Assembly: GCA_965140445.1 (NCBI GenBank)
Contig: OZ223236.1
Coordinates: forward strand, 3,200,001-3,264,000
From: Candidatus Ozemobacteraceae bacterium
GTDB taxonomy: Bacteria > Muiribacteriota > Ozemobacteria > Ozemobacterales > Ozemobacteraceae
Direction of reading: 5' to 3'
Length of the DNA stretch: 64,000 nt
Position numbers and translations under genes: made by a program. Below, one piece after another: positions 19,418 through 32,923 of the stretch (positions are counted from its first letter, which is position 1; each line of letters opens with the position of its first letter). The notes under the pieces are model-generated. The model was not told the DNA's origin. It saw only the letters and a program-made list of their open reading frames with translations, and did no database searches.

Positions 19418-20404
19418 ATGAGAAATTTTAATTTTAAGCCGTTGTTTTTTCTTTTAATCATGGGTTTTTCCGTGACTACCTGCTTCTCTGCACCAGAAAC
19501 TTTAAATAAAGCAGATATAAAGAAGGAGCTTCTTCAGGGGCAAAGTCCGGTTACCGAATTTTTGACAAAAGTTTCCGGTGAACTGAACCAGAATATGGAA
19601 AAAGCCATTTCAGAAGGAAAGGTATCTCCACAGGATAGAGATTCGGTAACCAAAGCCTTAAAAGAGTTTACAGGCAGCATATTTACAGAAGCTGAAAAAC
19701 TTAGAAAAGAATTAAAAGAAATTGAATTCCGTTTGCAACTTGATATGGAAATCATAAATCTTGCGATTCAAATTTCTGATACCCAAATGGTTAACACCCT
19801 TATAAATAATTGGAAAGGCGATGTTAGAGAAATTTTGATTTTGACTGCAGCACAAAGGTTTCAAATGATGAAAATTGACTTTAATAAAGAATTTGAAGCT
19901 ATGTTAAAAGAATGCAAGGAATCTAAAGACCCGACTGTTGTTGCTGCTGTAGATAAATTTTTGAATCAGTTTTTTAGAAATCCAGCTGGAATGCCTTTTC
20001 CAGCATTTCCAAAAGGAATGAAAACTACTGATGGAAAAGAACTTTCACTTGAAAGATTTAAGGGAAAAGTTCTTCTGGTTGATTTTTGGGCAACCTGGTG
20101 CCCACCATGTCGGGCAGAAATTCCAAATTTAGTAAAAGCATATAATGAATTCAAAGATAAGGGATTTGAAATTATTGGTATCTCTTTTGATAAAAGTAGA
20201 GATGACTTTGATTCATATCTGACCGAAAATAAAATGGAATGGCCTCAGTATTTTGACGGCAAAGGCTGGGAAAATGAAGTTGGCCCTACCTATGGAATTC
20301 AATCGATTCCAACTATGTATCTTCTTGATAAAGAAGGAAAAGTTATTACCACTGAATTACGTGGTGGGAAACTAGAGGAAGAGTTAGCAAAACAACTAAA
20401 GTAA
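19418..20404 (+). CDS. Exported TlpA-family thiol-disulfide oxidoreductase with helical N-terminal extension
   Basis: Signal peptide; GKVLLVDFWATWCPPCRAEIP; YGIQSIP. Confidence 0.9.
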   Translation: MRNFNFKPLFFLLIMGFSVTTCFSAPETLNKADIKKELLQGQSPVTEFLTKVSGELNQNMEKAISEGKVSPQDRDSVTKALKEFTGSIFTEAEKLRKELKEIEFRLQLDMEIINLAIQISDTQMVNTLINNWKGDVREILILTAAQRFQMMKIDFNKEFEAMLKECKESKDPTVVAAVDKFLNQFFRNPAGMPFPAFPKGMKTTDGKELSLERFKGKVLLVDFWATWCPPCRAEIPNLVKAYNEFKDKGFEIIGISFDKSRDDFDSYLTENKMEWPQYFDGKGWENEVGPTYGIQSIPTMYLLDKEGKVITTELRGGKLEEELAKQLK

Positions 20405-20415
20405 TTGATTGGTAT

Positions 20416-20453
20416 GAAAAAAGGCCTGCCTCTTTATGAGGCAGGCCTTTTTT
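20416..20453. terminator. Bidirectional intrinsic terminator
   Basis: AAAAAAGGCCTGCCTC-tttat-GAGGCAGGCCTTTTTT between convergent genes. Confidence 0.9.
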
Positions 20454-20473
20454 CATTTTTGAAATTTACTATT

Positions 20474-21811
20474 TTAGAATCTATCCCAGAGACCTTGAGC
20501 AAGTTCACGAGATTTTGCCATCATCTCTTCTTCTTCGCCGTCAGCAAGGAAGGTAAGTTTGCCATCTTCCATTAGTGTTTTTCCCTGAGCGATAGTGGTG
20601 TGGACCTTTGAGAAAGGCAATCCAAAAGTCAAATGACCATATGTATTGTTGGCTGTTACTGGAGTTGGTGGTATGTAATCCCAAAGAGCCAGATCTGCTG
20701 CTGCACCTTCTTCAATTACGCCAAGTTTTTTACCAAACATTTTATGGGCTAGTCTTGGACCATTAACAGCAAACATTTTCCAGGCTTCGCCATAAATCTT
20801 TCTTGGATCTTTATGTTCATGTTTGTGAAGAATGTTAGCTACTGCAAGATCTTCAAGAGGTGATGCAGACATTCCATCCGTTCCAAAGCTTACATTAATC
20901 TTTTCTTCAAGCATAGCTTCAAGAGGAGAGCAACCTACAGCATTATTCATATTTGATCTTGGGTTATGAACAACGTTTGTTTTTGTAAGTCCAAGAGTTT
21001 GAATATCATGAGCATCACAATGAACTCCGTGAACAAAAATACTTTCAGGACCTGTAAGATTAAACTTATGAAGTCTATCGACAACAGATCTGTAACCACG
21101 AGTTACTGCATCATCATTGTCAGCTTTATCTTCTGCAACATGAATATGAACGCCTGTTTTCAGGGATTTCATTAGCTCAGCAGCTCTCTCAAGGCTGGTA
21201 TCACTTAAAGTGAAGCTGGCATGCAGGCCAATCATTCCAGTAAAAGCAGGATCATTTTCTAATTTCAAACCGCGAATGAAATTTGCATTTTCTTCGAAGC
21301 CTGCATCTCTTCTCTCTGCTCCATCTCTATCAGATACTTCATAGCAGAAAGAACCGCGAAGGCCACACTTTTTAAAGGCATCTCTTAAAACATTCAATGA
21401 GCCATCAATGTAGTTTGGACTAGCATGATGATCGATTAAAGTGGTAACACCATTTCTAACCGCATCCAAAAGAGGAATCATGGCAGTGAGATAAAGATCT
21501 TCTTTTGTTAGAGCTTTATCAAGTCTCCACCAAAGTCTTTCAAGGATTTGAACAAAATTCACTGGTGGTTCATCTTTTAACGAAATACCACGCGCAAAAG
21601 TTGAATATAAATGCATGTGAGTATTTACTATTCCAGGCATTAGAAGTTTTCCATTGGCATTCTTTACTTTTGCTTTTGGAAAACGCTTTTTTAAATCTTC
21701 TGTGCTACCAACGGCGTGAATTTTCTTTTCATCATATGCTACTGCTCCATCATTTATAACCTGATGGTTGTCTCCTAGAGTAACTACTGTGGCATGACCT
21801 ATAATCTTCAT
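20474..21811 (-). CDS. ssnA: Amidohydrolase SsnA
   Basis: NTHMHLYSTFARG, ILERLWWRLD, GVTTLIDHHAS, GLHASFTLSD, HNPRSNMNNAVG, GTDG. Confidence 0.9.
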   Translation of the reverse strand: MKIIGHATVVTLGDNHQVINDGAVAYDEKKIHAVGSTEDLKKRFPKAKVKNANGKLLMPGIVNTHMHLYSTFARGISLKDEPPVNFVQILERLWWRLDKALTKEDLYLTAMIPLLDAVRNGVTTLIDHHASPNYIDGSLNVLRDAFKKCGLRGSFCYEVSDRDGAERRDAGFEENANFIRGLKLENDPAFTGMIGLHASFTLSDTSLERAAELMKSLKTGVHIHVAEDKADNDDAVTRGYRSVVDRLHKFNLTGPESIFVHGVHCDAHDIQTLGLTKTNVVHNPRSNMNNAVGCSPLEAMLEEKINVSFGTDGMSASPLEDLAVANILHKHEHKDPRKIYGEAWKMFAVNGPRLAHKMFGKKLGVIEEGAAADLALWDYIPPTPVTANNTYGHLTFGLPFSKVHTTIAQGKTLMEDGKLTFLADGEEEEMMAKSRELAQGLWDRF

Positions 21812-21934
21812 TAAAAACCTCTTTCCTGAAATTTTGTTTTAATAATTCTATGAGAAGCTAACACAATTAAAATTACATTTGCAACTTTATTTAAGTGTCT
21901 TAAGCACTATAAATAGTAGGTTATGGCAAGAAAC

Positions 21935-23311
21935 TTACTTGTTTAATGTCTTATAAATTTCAATGCTTCTTTCATTTTGCTTTCTGACTAATGAATTCAA
22001 TTCTTCTGGAGAAAATCTTGTGAATTCTCCATTTTCGATAAGCAATTCACCATGCACAATCGACATGTCAACCTGATCTGCAGCACAGAAAACCAATGCC
22101 GCCAAAGGATCTGTTGAGCTACCTGCCTGACGAAGACTATCAAGGCGGAATCCGATTAAATCAGCTTCATAGCCTGGTTTTAAATAGCCAATATCGTCTC
22201 GACCAATAACCTTGGCCCCACCTATTGTGCCAAACTTCAATGCATCTCTTGCAGTAATGCAATCAGCTGTTTTTAGAACTCTTTGCAATAGCATACAATT
22301 TCTGACTTCAAGCATCATGTTAGAACAATCATTACTGGCAGAACCATCTACTGCTAGACTAACAGGAACGTTCGCTTTATTAAATTCTACTATTGGTGCT
22401 ATTCCTGAGGCCAATCTCATATTGCTGGTAGGGCAGTGAGCTACTCCACCTTGGGCCTTACTCATGACTTCTATTTCATCAGGGGAAAAATGAACACAAT
22501 GGGCATAGAAGGAATTTTCATCCATCCATCCAAGATCTTCCATTAGCTTAACTGGTTTAACACCGTATTCTTTAATACAAAAATCTTCTTCATCTTTGGT
22601 TTCAGCCAAATGAGTATGGGTTTTTAAACCCTTGGAGGTTGCATATTTTTTAGCTTCAACCATAAGCTCTTTTGTTACTGAAAACGGTGAACAAGGAGCT
22701 ACAATAATTCTTGTCATTCCGCCTTTTTCGGCTTCGTGGACTTTAGAAACAAGTTCATCCGTTTCTTTCATAATTGTGTCTTCATCTTGAACAACAGAAT
22801 CAGGTGGTAGTCCTCCATCTTTCTTTGAGCGTGACATACTGCCTCGACAAAGGTGAAAACGCATTCCAGTTTTCATCGCAGCCTCTATCTGTCTGTAATA
22901 AAGGTTGCTGGCACCATTCGGAACCATATAGGAGTGATCAACAGCTGTTGTACAACCGCTCTTTAATAATTCCAGAGTAGCGATTGTTGTTGAAAGGAAG
23001 AAATCGTCTTCTTTTATCTGGGCCCAAAGTGGATATAGTTTTACAAGCCAGGTAAACAATTTTGCATCCTGGACTACGGGAAAGTTTCTTGTTAAGGTTT
23101 GATAAAAATGATGATGGGTGTTAACCAAACCTGGCATTATGAGTAGCTCTTCAGCATCAATATTTTGAGCATCAGCTGCCATTGGTGAAAGTTCCTGAGC
23201 ACTACCAACAGCCTTAATTTCGGAGCCATCAACTAAGATGGATACATTTTCTAATACAGGCTCATCGCCGCCCGCCCAAAAATATTTAGCATTTTTTATA
23301 AATAATTTCAT
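21935..23311 (-). CDS. 8-oxoguanine deaminase-like amidohydrolase (AtzB-like family)
   Basis: NTHHHFYQTLTR, GGLPPDSVVQ, APCSPFSV, HTHLAET, HCPTSNMRLASG, VDGSASND. Confidence 0.88.
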   Translation of the reverse strand: MKLFIKNAKYFWAGGDEPVLENVSILVDGSEIKAVGSAQELSPMAADAQNIDAEELLIMPGLVNTHHHFYQTLTRNFPVVQDAKLFTWLVKLYPLWAQIKEDDFFLSTTIATLELLKSGCTTAVDHSYMVPNGASNLYYRQIEAAMKTGMRFHLCRGSMSRSKKDGGLPPDSVVQDEDTIMKETDELVSKVHEAEKGGMTRIIVAPCSPFSVTKELMVEAKKYATSKGLKTHTHLAETKDEEDFCIKEYGVKPVKLMEDLGWMDENSFYAHCVHFSPDEIEVMSKAQGGVAHCPTSNMRLASGIAPIVEFNKANVPVSLAVDGSASNDCSNMMLEVRNCMLLQRVLKTADCITARDALKFGTIGGAKVIGRDDIGYLKPGYEADLIGFRLDSLRQAGSSTDPLAALVFCAADQVDMSIVHGELLIENGEFTRFSPEELNSLVRKQNERSIEIYKTLNK

Positions 23312-23446
23312 GTGCCGCTTTCCTTAAAATTTTTTATTTATTTTACTACATCTTCTTTTATTTCACCAGATGTTTGACCAGCAAAATCCCTATATGCTAT
23401 GCTTCCACTGTTGATATTGTGAAACCTTAAGGAGATCTTTACACCT

Positions 23447-24019
23447 ATGCGTAAATTGTTTACGAGCTTTGCAGTTTGCTTTTTGAGTATCCTTCTTTTT
23501 TCAGCCCCCAGTTTTGCGGCAGATAGTAAATTGCCCACAAGCATGGTTACAATAGGAGAAGGAGATGACTTTATTGATTCAGAAGTAGAACTTAATATTG
23601 GTGATACCGCTCCTGAATTTTCTTTACCAAACTTATCAACCGATAAGATGGAAAGCCTTAAAGATTATATCGGAAAACCAATTGTTCTTTTCTTTATTCA
23701 AAGTGCCTGTTACTCATGTCTCCAGGAAGCGAAAGCTTTAAAGGAAGTTAAAGATAAATATGGTGATAAGCTTAACGTTATTGCTGTAGGAGTTGATCTT
23801 CTTGGAAAGCCAATGCTGGTTTCATGGGCCGCACACAATAGCATTAACTATCCGGTTTTATTAGACCCAATTTTTTCAGTTCCAGAAAAATACGGTTTTT
23901 CATTTACACCAAGCAGTGTAATTATTGATAAGGAAGGTAAAATAGCATTTATTCACGCCGGTTACCGACCTGCTGATATAGAGATTATTGAAAATAAAAT
24001 TAAAGAACTAGTCAAGTAA
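23447..24019 (+). CDS. Exported thioredoxin-fold redoxin (TlpA/ResA-like)
   Basis: Signal peptide; IGDTAPEFSL, CYSC motif, IIDKEGKI. Confidence 0.85.
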   Translation: MRKLFTSFAVCFLSILLFSAPSFAADSKLPTSMVTIGEGDDFIDSEVELNIGDTAPEFSLPNLSTDKMESLKDYIGKPIVLFFIQSACYSCLQEAKALKEVKDKYGDKLNVIAVGVDLLGKPMLVSWAAHNSINYPVLLDPIFSVPEKYGFSFTPSSVIIDKEGKIAFIHAGYRPADIEIIENKIKELVK

Positions 24020-24032
24020 GACTTTAAAGATT

Positions 24033-24070
24033 TAAAGGCTTCTCGCATTGCGGGGAGCCTTTATTCTTTT
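24033..24070 (+). terminator. Intrinsic terminator-like hairpin
   Basis: TAAAGGCTTCTCGC-att-GCGGGGAGCCTTTA followed by a T-rich tract. Confidence 0.7.
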
Positions 24071-24086
24071 TAAGGAGTTTGCCAGT

Positions 24087-24953
24087 ATGAAAATAACATT
24101 CGATTGTTTACCTTGTTTTATCAAACACACTATTGAAATTTCTGAAAGATTTTCCAATGGAAATATCGAATTTCAGGAAAAAATGCTTCGTAAGCTATTT
24201 AAACGACTTTCTACAATAGATTTTTCCTTAACTCCACCAGAATTAGCGGGTGAAATTCATCAATATCTCCGAGAAGAGTTAAAAATTGAGGATCCTTACA
24301 AACAGATCAAAATTGATTCAAACCTTACTGCCGAAAAAATTATCCCTGAATTAAGGAATAATATAAACTTTGCTAGTCAGCCAAATTTAATGGCTCTAAA
24401 ATATTCTATCGCCGGAAACATTATCGATTCTGGAATCTCTGCAGAAACTCCATTAAATGAAATAATGGATTCTATAAAAATGGCAGAAAATGAAAAGCCG
24501 GAAATAGATCACAGTGTTGAGCTGCTTCACAAACTTGAAAATTCCAATAGAATAGTAGTGTTGGGAGACAATGCTGGGGAAATTTTCTTTGACCGCCTCC
24601 TATTAGAAAGATTAGTAAAAAAAGACCGAAAGATTTTTTATGTAGTAAAATCAGGCCCAATATTGAATGATGCGCTCGAAGAAGACGCTTTTAAGGCTGG
24701 AATTAATGAATTTGCTATTATAGTTCCTAATGGAACGCAGATTCCCGGTAATCCTCAAAAAAGAATTTTTAAAGATGTTTTGGATCTAATTAATTCGGCA
24801 GATCTGGTTTTATCAAAAGGGCAAGCAAATTTTGAAACTCTCAGCGATTTTAAACATAAAAATCTCTTCTTTTTGCTTAGAGCAAAATGCGACGTAATCG
24901 CTGAAAAAGCAGGTGTTAAACGCGGAGCGTTCATCGTAAAAAAACAAAATTAA
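24087..24953 (+). CDS. DUF89/ARMT1-like damage-control phosphatase
   Basis: DCLPC, DPYK..K..SN, AGNIID, DNAGEIFFD, PILNDA, SKGQANFETL, AKC. AAGGAG RBS precedes ATG 24087. Confidence 0.9.
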   Translation: MKITFDCLPCFIKHTIEISERFSNGNIEFQEKMLRKLFKRLSTIDFSLTPPELAGEIHQYLREELKIEDPYKQIKIDSNLTAEKIIPELRNNINFASQPNLMALKYSIAGNIIDSGISAETPLNEIMDSIKMAENEKPEIDHSVELLHKLENSNRIVVLGDNAGEIFFDRLLLERLVKKDRKIFYVVKSGPILNDALEEDAFKAGINEFAIIVPNGTQIPGNPQKRIFKDVLDLINSADLVLSKGQANFETLSDFKHKNLFFLLRAKCDVIAEKAGVKRGAFIVKKQN

Positions 24954-24970
24954 TTTTTTCCCTTTTTTTG

Positions 24971-24999
24971 TTGACTATGTACCCCGCATCTGTTAAGAT
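24971..24999 (+). promoter_or_regulatory. rrn promoter P1
   Basis: TTGACT-17 nt-TAAGAT with extended -10 TG; A/T-rich UP-like tract upstream. Confidence 0.75.
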
Positions 25000-25098
25000 A
25001 TTTGAACCTTCGAAACGAGGTCGGACCGGTAAGCCCGGGTCGAAATCGGGAGGTAAAAAAAGATCTAGAAAACTTTGAAAAAAGTTTTTAAAAAATGG

Positions 25099-25127
25099 TT
25101 GACATTGAAAACCGTTTTTGATAAGCT
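25099..25127 (+). promoter_or_regulatory. rrn promoter P2
   Basis: TTGACA-17 nt-TAAGCT with extended -10 TG; A/T tracts upstream. Confidence 0.8.
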
Positions 25128-25171
25128 AGATTTCCTGCCACGGCGGGTCGGCCCAAAACCGGGTCGAATAA

Positions 25172-25183
25172 GCTCTTTGAGAA
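25172..25183 (+). promoter_or_regulatory. rrn leader boxA antitermination element
   Basis: GCTCTTTGAGAA; a second copy GTTCTTTGAAAA lies in the spacer at about 27033. Confidence 0.7.
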
Positions 25184-25361
25184 TCAGATCGAAAGACTAA
25201 TAAAACTATAACGCCAAGCGGTTTTTGTTTAACGACAAGAACCTATTTGATTCGATGTTACAACATCGATTTTGAGTTAAGTTGAATCTTGAAACAGATC
25301 AGCAATAACTCCATAATAATGTAGATGGCGGGTTCCGAAAGGAACTTGTTGTTTAATAATT

Positions 25362-26923
<1,562 letters not shown>

Positions 26924-27146
26924 AGGGAGACATGTTGCTGGAATAAGACCTGCTTCGGTGGGCATCGCAGGAACGTATCTTCGTCGAGTTTGGCGATGTT
27001 GAACTTAGTCTTTCGGTCTTTCTATATTTTATAGTTCTTTGAAAATAATATCTTTGATGAAAGACATCCAAAATTAAAAGGTCTTTTTGTAATGGATTTG
27101 CACGCAAGTGCGAGTGCAGTATGAAAGAATTGATCGAGTGCAATAG

Positions 27147-30193
<3,047 letters not shown>

Positions 30194-30319
30194 TAGCATC
30201 TGCAAGTATTTATACTTAGCAGATCATCTCGATCAGATGCGGACCTTTTATTTAAATGAATTTCATCAAAGATATTTATGTGTTGGTGGGTGACAAGCCC
30301 ACCAACATATTATAATTTT

Positions 30320-30436
30320 CCTGGTGGTAATGGTCTCGAGGAAACACCTGATCCCATTCCGAACTCAGCAGTTAAGCTCGAAGACGCCTATGATACTGCG
30401 GGGGTGACTCCGTGGGAAAGTCGGTCGCCGCCAGGT
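30320..30436 (+). rRNA. rrf: 5S ribosomal RNA
   Basis: CCTGGTGG...GATCCCATTCCGAACTC..AGTTAAG...CCGCCAGG, about 117 nt with paired termini. Confidence 0.97.
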
Positions 30437-30440
30437 CTAT

Positions 30441-30480
30441 AAAAGCTCCAAGCAATAAAGCTTGGAGCTTTTTCCTTTTT
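30441..30480 (+). terminator. rrn operon terminator
   Basis: AAAAGCTCCAAGC-aataaa-GCTTGGAGCTTTT followed by a T tract. Confidence 0.9.
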
Positions 30481-30710
30481 AGTCAGACAGGAATTTAAAG
30501 ATAAGCAAAATCCTGGTGGATATTTTTTTATAAATTTAAACTCTAAAGATTTAGAATTTTTGTTTTCGTGCTTTTTTTAGTTTTAAAACCATTTTTCCAA
30601 TTTTTTTCAATTAACCCTTCAAAAAATAACTTAAATTCTTCTTTTTAACCTTTCTATTCATCATTAAATTACTTATAATTAAAAAGTTAATTAAAATTGG
30701 AGGTTGTCTT

Positions 30711-32369
30711 TTGAAAAAGTTTTTGTTTGTTTTATTAGGTTTTCTTATACTAGCAAATTTTACAACCGGCTTTGCAGAAACTGATGCCGAGTATCAACTT
30801 AGAAAGGCTATTAGTCTTATAGAATCTGGGGATTTTGATCTCGCCCAAAGAAGATTAAAAAAAATTTCTCAGAACTTTGACTATCCAGAATTTATTAAGC
30901 GAGAAGCTTCATATTATATTGGTTACTGTCATGTAAAAAATGGAGATCCATGGCGGGCTACAGAAGCTTTTGAGGATTTTCTTCTTACTTATGATTCTGG
31001 ATCACAAAGGTTTGTTCCAGATGCTCTTTATGTAATGGGCCGCGCCTATGAAGAGATTGGAGAAATTAGAAAAGCCAAAAGAGCATATCAAAGAGTTTAT
31101 AATGAATTTTCTAGTTCTGAATTTGCCAGAAAAGCCAGGATTCGTTTAAAAGAACTTGGTGGTTCAGATTATAGCAATAATAGTGGTGGGAATCACTCTG
31201 ATCCATATAGTGGTGAAAACAATAACAATGGTGGCTACAATGGTGGAAGTCATAGTGGCAACAACTACGGCGTTTCTTATGAGATTCGTAGAGTTCTTAG
31301 ATATGCCAAGACTCATAATAATTCCTATTTAAGAGATCAATACATATTAGAGAATATTGGCAGATCAGAAAATGGTTCAGATTTAGTTGCTCTCATTACT
31401 GTGATGGAAAATGACATGGTTAAAGGTCAATTTTGCGATAAAATTTGGGGATTACGTTTTGCCAAAACCTTAAATGCAGCAACGATAGTAGAAATAGCCT
31501 CACAAAATAAAAATTCTTATCTTGCAGATCAATTTTTGCTACAGGCAGCTCAAAACATTGATTTTAGAACTGGGGGCTATTCAACCCTTGCTGAAGCTTG
31601 TGATAATAGCTATATTCGCTCTCAAATTCTTGAGATAGCTAAGGATAATGTTTCTGGCAACAACGGTGGACATGGTGATTATAATCACGGAAATTACAAT
31701 GGTGGCAATGGCGTTTCCAGACCCGTTAGAGAAATTATTCGTTTAGCCAGACTTGAAAATAATAGTTTTTCCCGTGATCAATTTTTGCTTGATAATGCTT
31801 CAAAAGGCAATTCCAGCAGTGATTTTATAGCCATGCTCTCTGAAATGTCTAACGATGCTATTAAAGGTCAATTTTTAGATGCAATTCAAAGAAACCGTGC
31901 ATTTAAAACTCTAAGCGCTAGAGCTGTGGTGGATATTGCCGCTGAAGTTTCTAACAGCTATTCTTCAGATCAATTTTTACTTGCAGCAGCAGAAAAAATT
32001 GCTTTTACGTTCAGAGATTATAGAATATTAGCCGAAGCTTGTTCTAATGGCTATACCAAATCAGAAATCCTTAGAATAGCTGAAAAAAGTAACTATGGAA
32101 ATTCCGGTCATGGCCATGGACATTATTTGGGTGCAAACTCAAATGAATTAGAAAAACCAGTTTCAACAGATCCTTTTGCCAGTTATAAAGTAAATAAGTC
32201 TCAAGTTGCTAGAGTTAATAAATTTATTAAAGCTGTAGAAACCAAAAAGGGAATGAATGAAGCAGTTAGAAAACTTAAATCAGTTGATATGAAAATTTTG
32301 ACTGTTAAAGAATATATGGAAAAGTATCAGAAAATTATGGATTTTGAACGATTACATAGTTCAAATTGA
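30711..32369 (+). CDS. Exported TPR protein with two tandem ~130-aa helical repeats and Gly/Asn/His-rich linkers
   Basis: Signal peptide; TPRs (ASYYIGYC, DALYVMGRAYE); internal duplication visible in the protein; GGAGG RBS with TTG start. Confidence 0.85.
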   Translation: MKKFLFVLLGFLILANFTTGFAETDAEYQLRKAISLIESGDFDLAQRRLKKISQNFDYPEFIKREASYYIGYCHVKNGDPWRATEAFEDFLLTYDSGSQRFVPDALYVMGRAYEEIGEIRKAKRAYQRVYNEFSSSEFARKARIRLKELGGSDYSNNSGGNHSDPYSGENNNNGGYNGGSHSGNNYGVSYEIRRVLRYAKTHNNSYLRDQYILENIGRSENGSDLVALITVMENDMVKGQFCDKIWGLRFAKTLNAATIVEIASQNKNSYLADQFLLQAAQNIDFRTGGYSTLAEACDNSYIRSQILEIAKDNVSGNNGGHGDYNHGNYNGGNGVSRPVREIIRLARLENNSFSRDQFLLDNASKGNSSSDFIAMLSEMSNDAIKGQFLDAIQRNRAFKTLSARAVVDIAAEVSNSYSSDQFLLAAAEKIAFTFRDYRILAEACSNGYTKSEILRIAEKSNYGNSGHGHGHYLGANSNELEKPVSTDPFASYKVNKSQVARVNKFIKAVETKKGMNEAVRKLKSVDMKILTVKEYMEKYQKIMDFERLHSSN

Positions 32370-32378
32370 TTTTAATTG

Positions 32379-32412
32379 AAAAAGAGGCTTTCTTCGGGAA
32401 GCCTCTTTTTTT
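32379..32412 (+). terminator. Intrinsic terminator
   Basis: AAAAAGAGGCTTTC-ttcg-GGAAGCCTCTTTTTTT. Confidence 0.85.
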
Positions 32413-32425
32413 AGGAAAGGGCTTT

Positions 32426-32917
32426 ATGATTAAAAAATTACTTGTTTTTGCACTGCTTTTTATTGTTTCAACATCTTTTTTGATTAATGCAGAACCATTA
32501 AAAAAAGATGCCCAGGGTGAATTTATAACAGAATATGATAAAACCCAATTTTTCAAGGCTGCTGAAGAGGGTAATTCAAATAAGATTTCACTTTTATTAA
32601 AAAAAATGCCCAAACTTGTTTTTGAAAAAGACAGAGAAGGTTGGACCGGTCTTATATATGCAGCTAGATTTAATCATAAGAATATTATTCAACTTCTAAT
32701 AAAAAGTGGTTCCAAAATAGAAGACTGTGATAACGAAAAATTTACCGCTCTTCATCATGCTGCAGCCAGTGGTAGATTAGAAGCTGTAAAAGAACTCATA
32801 AAACTAGGTGCAAAGGTAAATGCAAAAACGAATGGTTCTGTGACTCCAAAAAAATTGGCTGATTCAAATGGTCATCCTGGAGTAGCTTCTTATATTGGGG
32901 GAAAAGGAGGCCACTAA
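32426..32917 (+). CDS. Exported ankyrin repeat protein
   Basis: Signal peptide MIKKLLVFALL; GWTGLIYAA, FTALHHAAASG, LGAKVNAK. Start moved past the terminator. Confidence 0.88.
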   Translation: MIKKLLVFALLFIVSTSFLINAEPLKKDAQGEFITEYDKTQFFKAAEEGNSNKISLLLKKMPKLVFEKDREGWTGLIYAARFNHKNIIQLLIKSGSKIEDCDNEKFTALHHAAASGRLEAVKELIKLGAKVNAKTNGSVTPKKLADSNGHPGVASYIGGKGGH

Positions 32918-32923
32918 AAGAAC

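Noticed and set aside
14164..24019. Selenocysteine recoding in the ygeY/ssnA-linked cluster or the redoxins
   Set aside because: These ORFs are full length with Cys in the motifs; no in-frame TGA interruption was seen.
26924..27146. tRNA-Ile/Ala in the 16S-23S spacer
   Set aside because: No cloverleaf or T-loop GTTCGA motif; the spacer is short and taken up by boxA and processing stems.
30278..30310. Hairpin between 23S and 5S as a separate element
   Set aside because: ATGTGTTGGTGGG/CCCACCAACATAT is best explained as a normal precursor-rRNA spacer structure.
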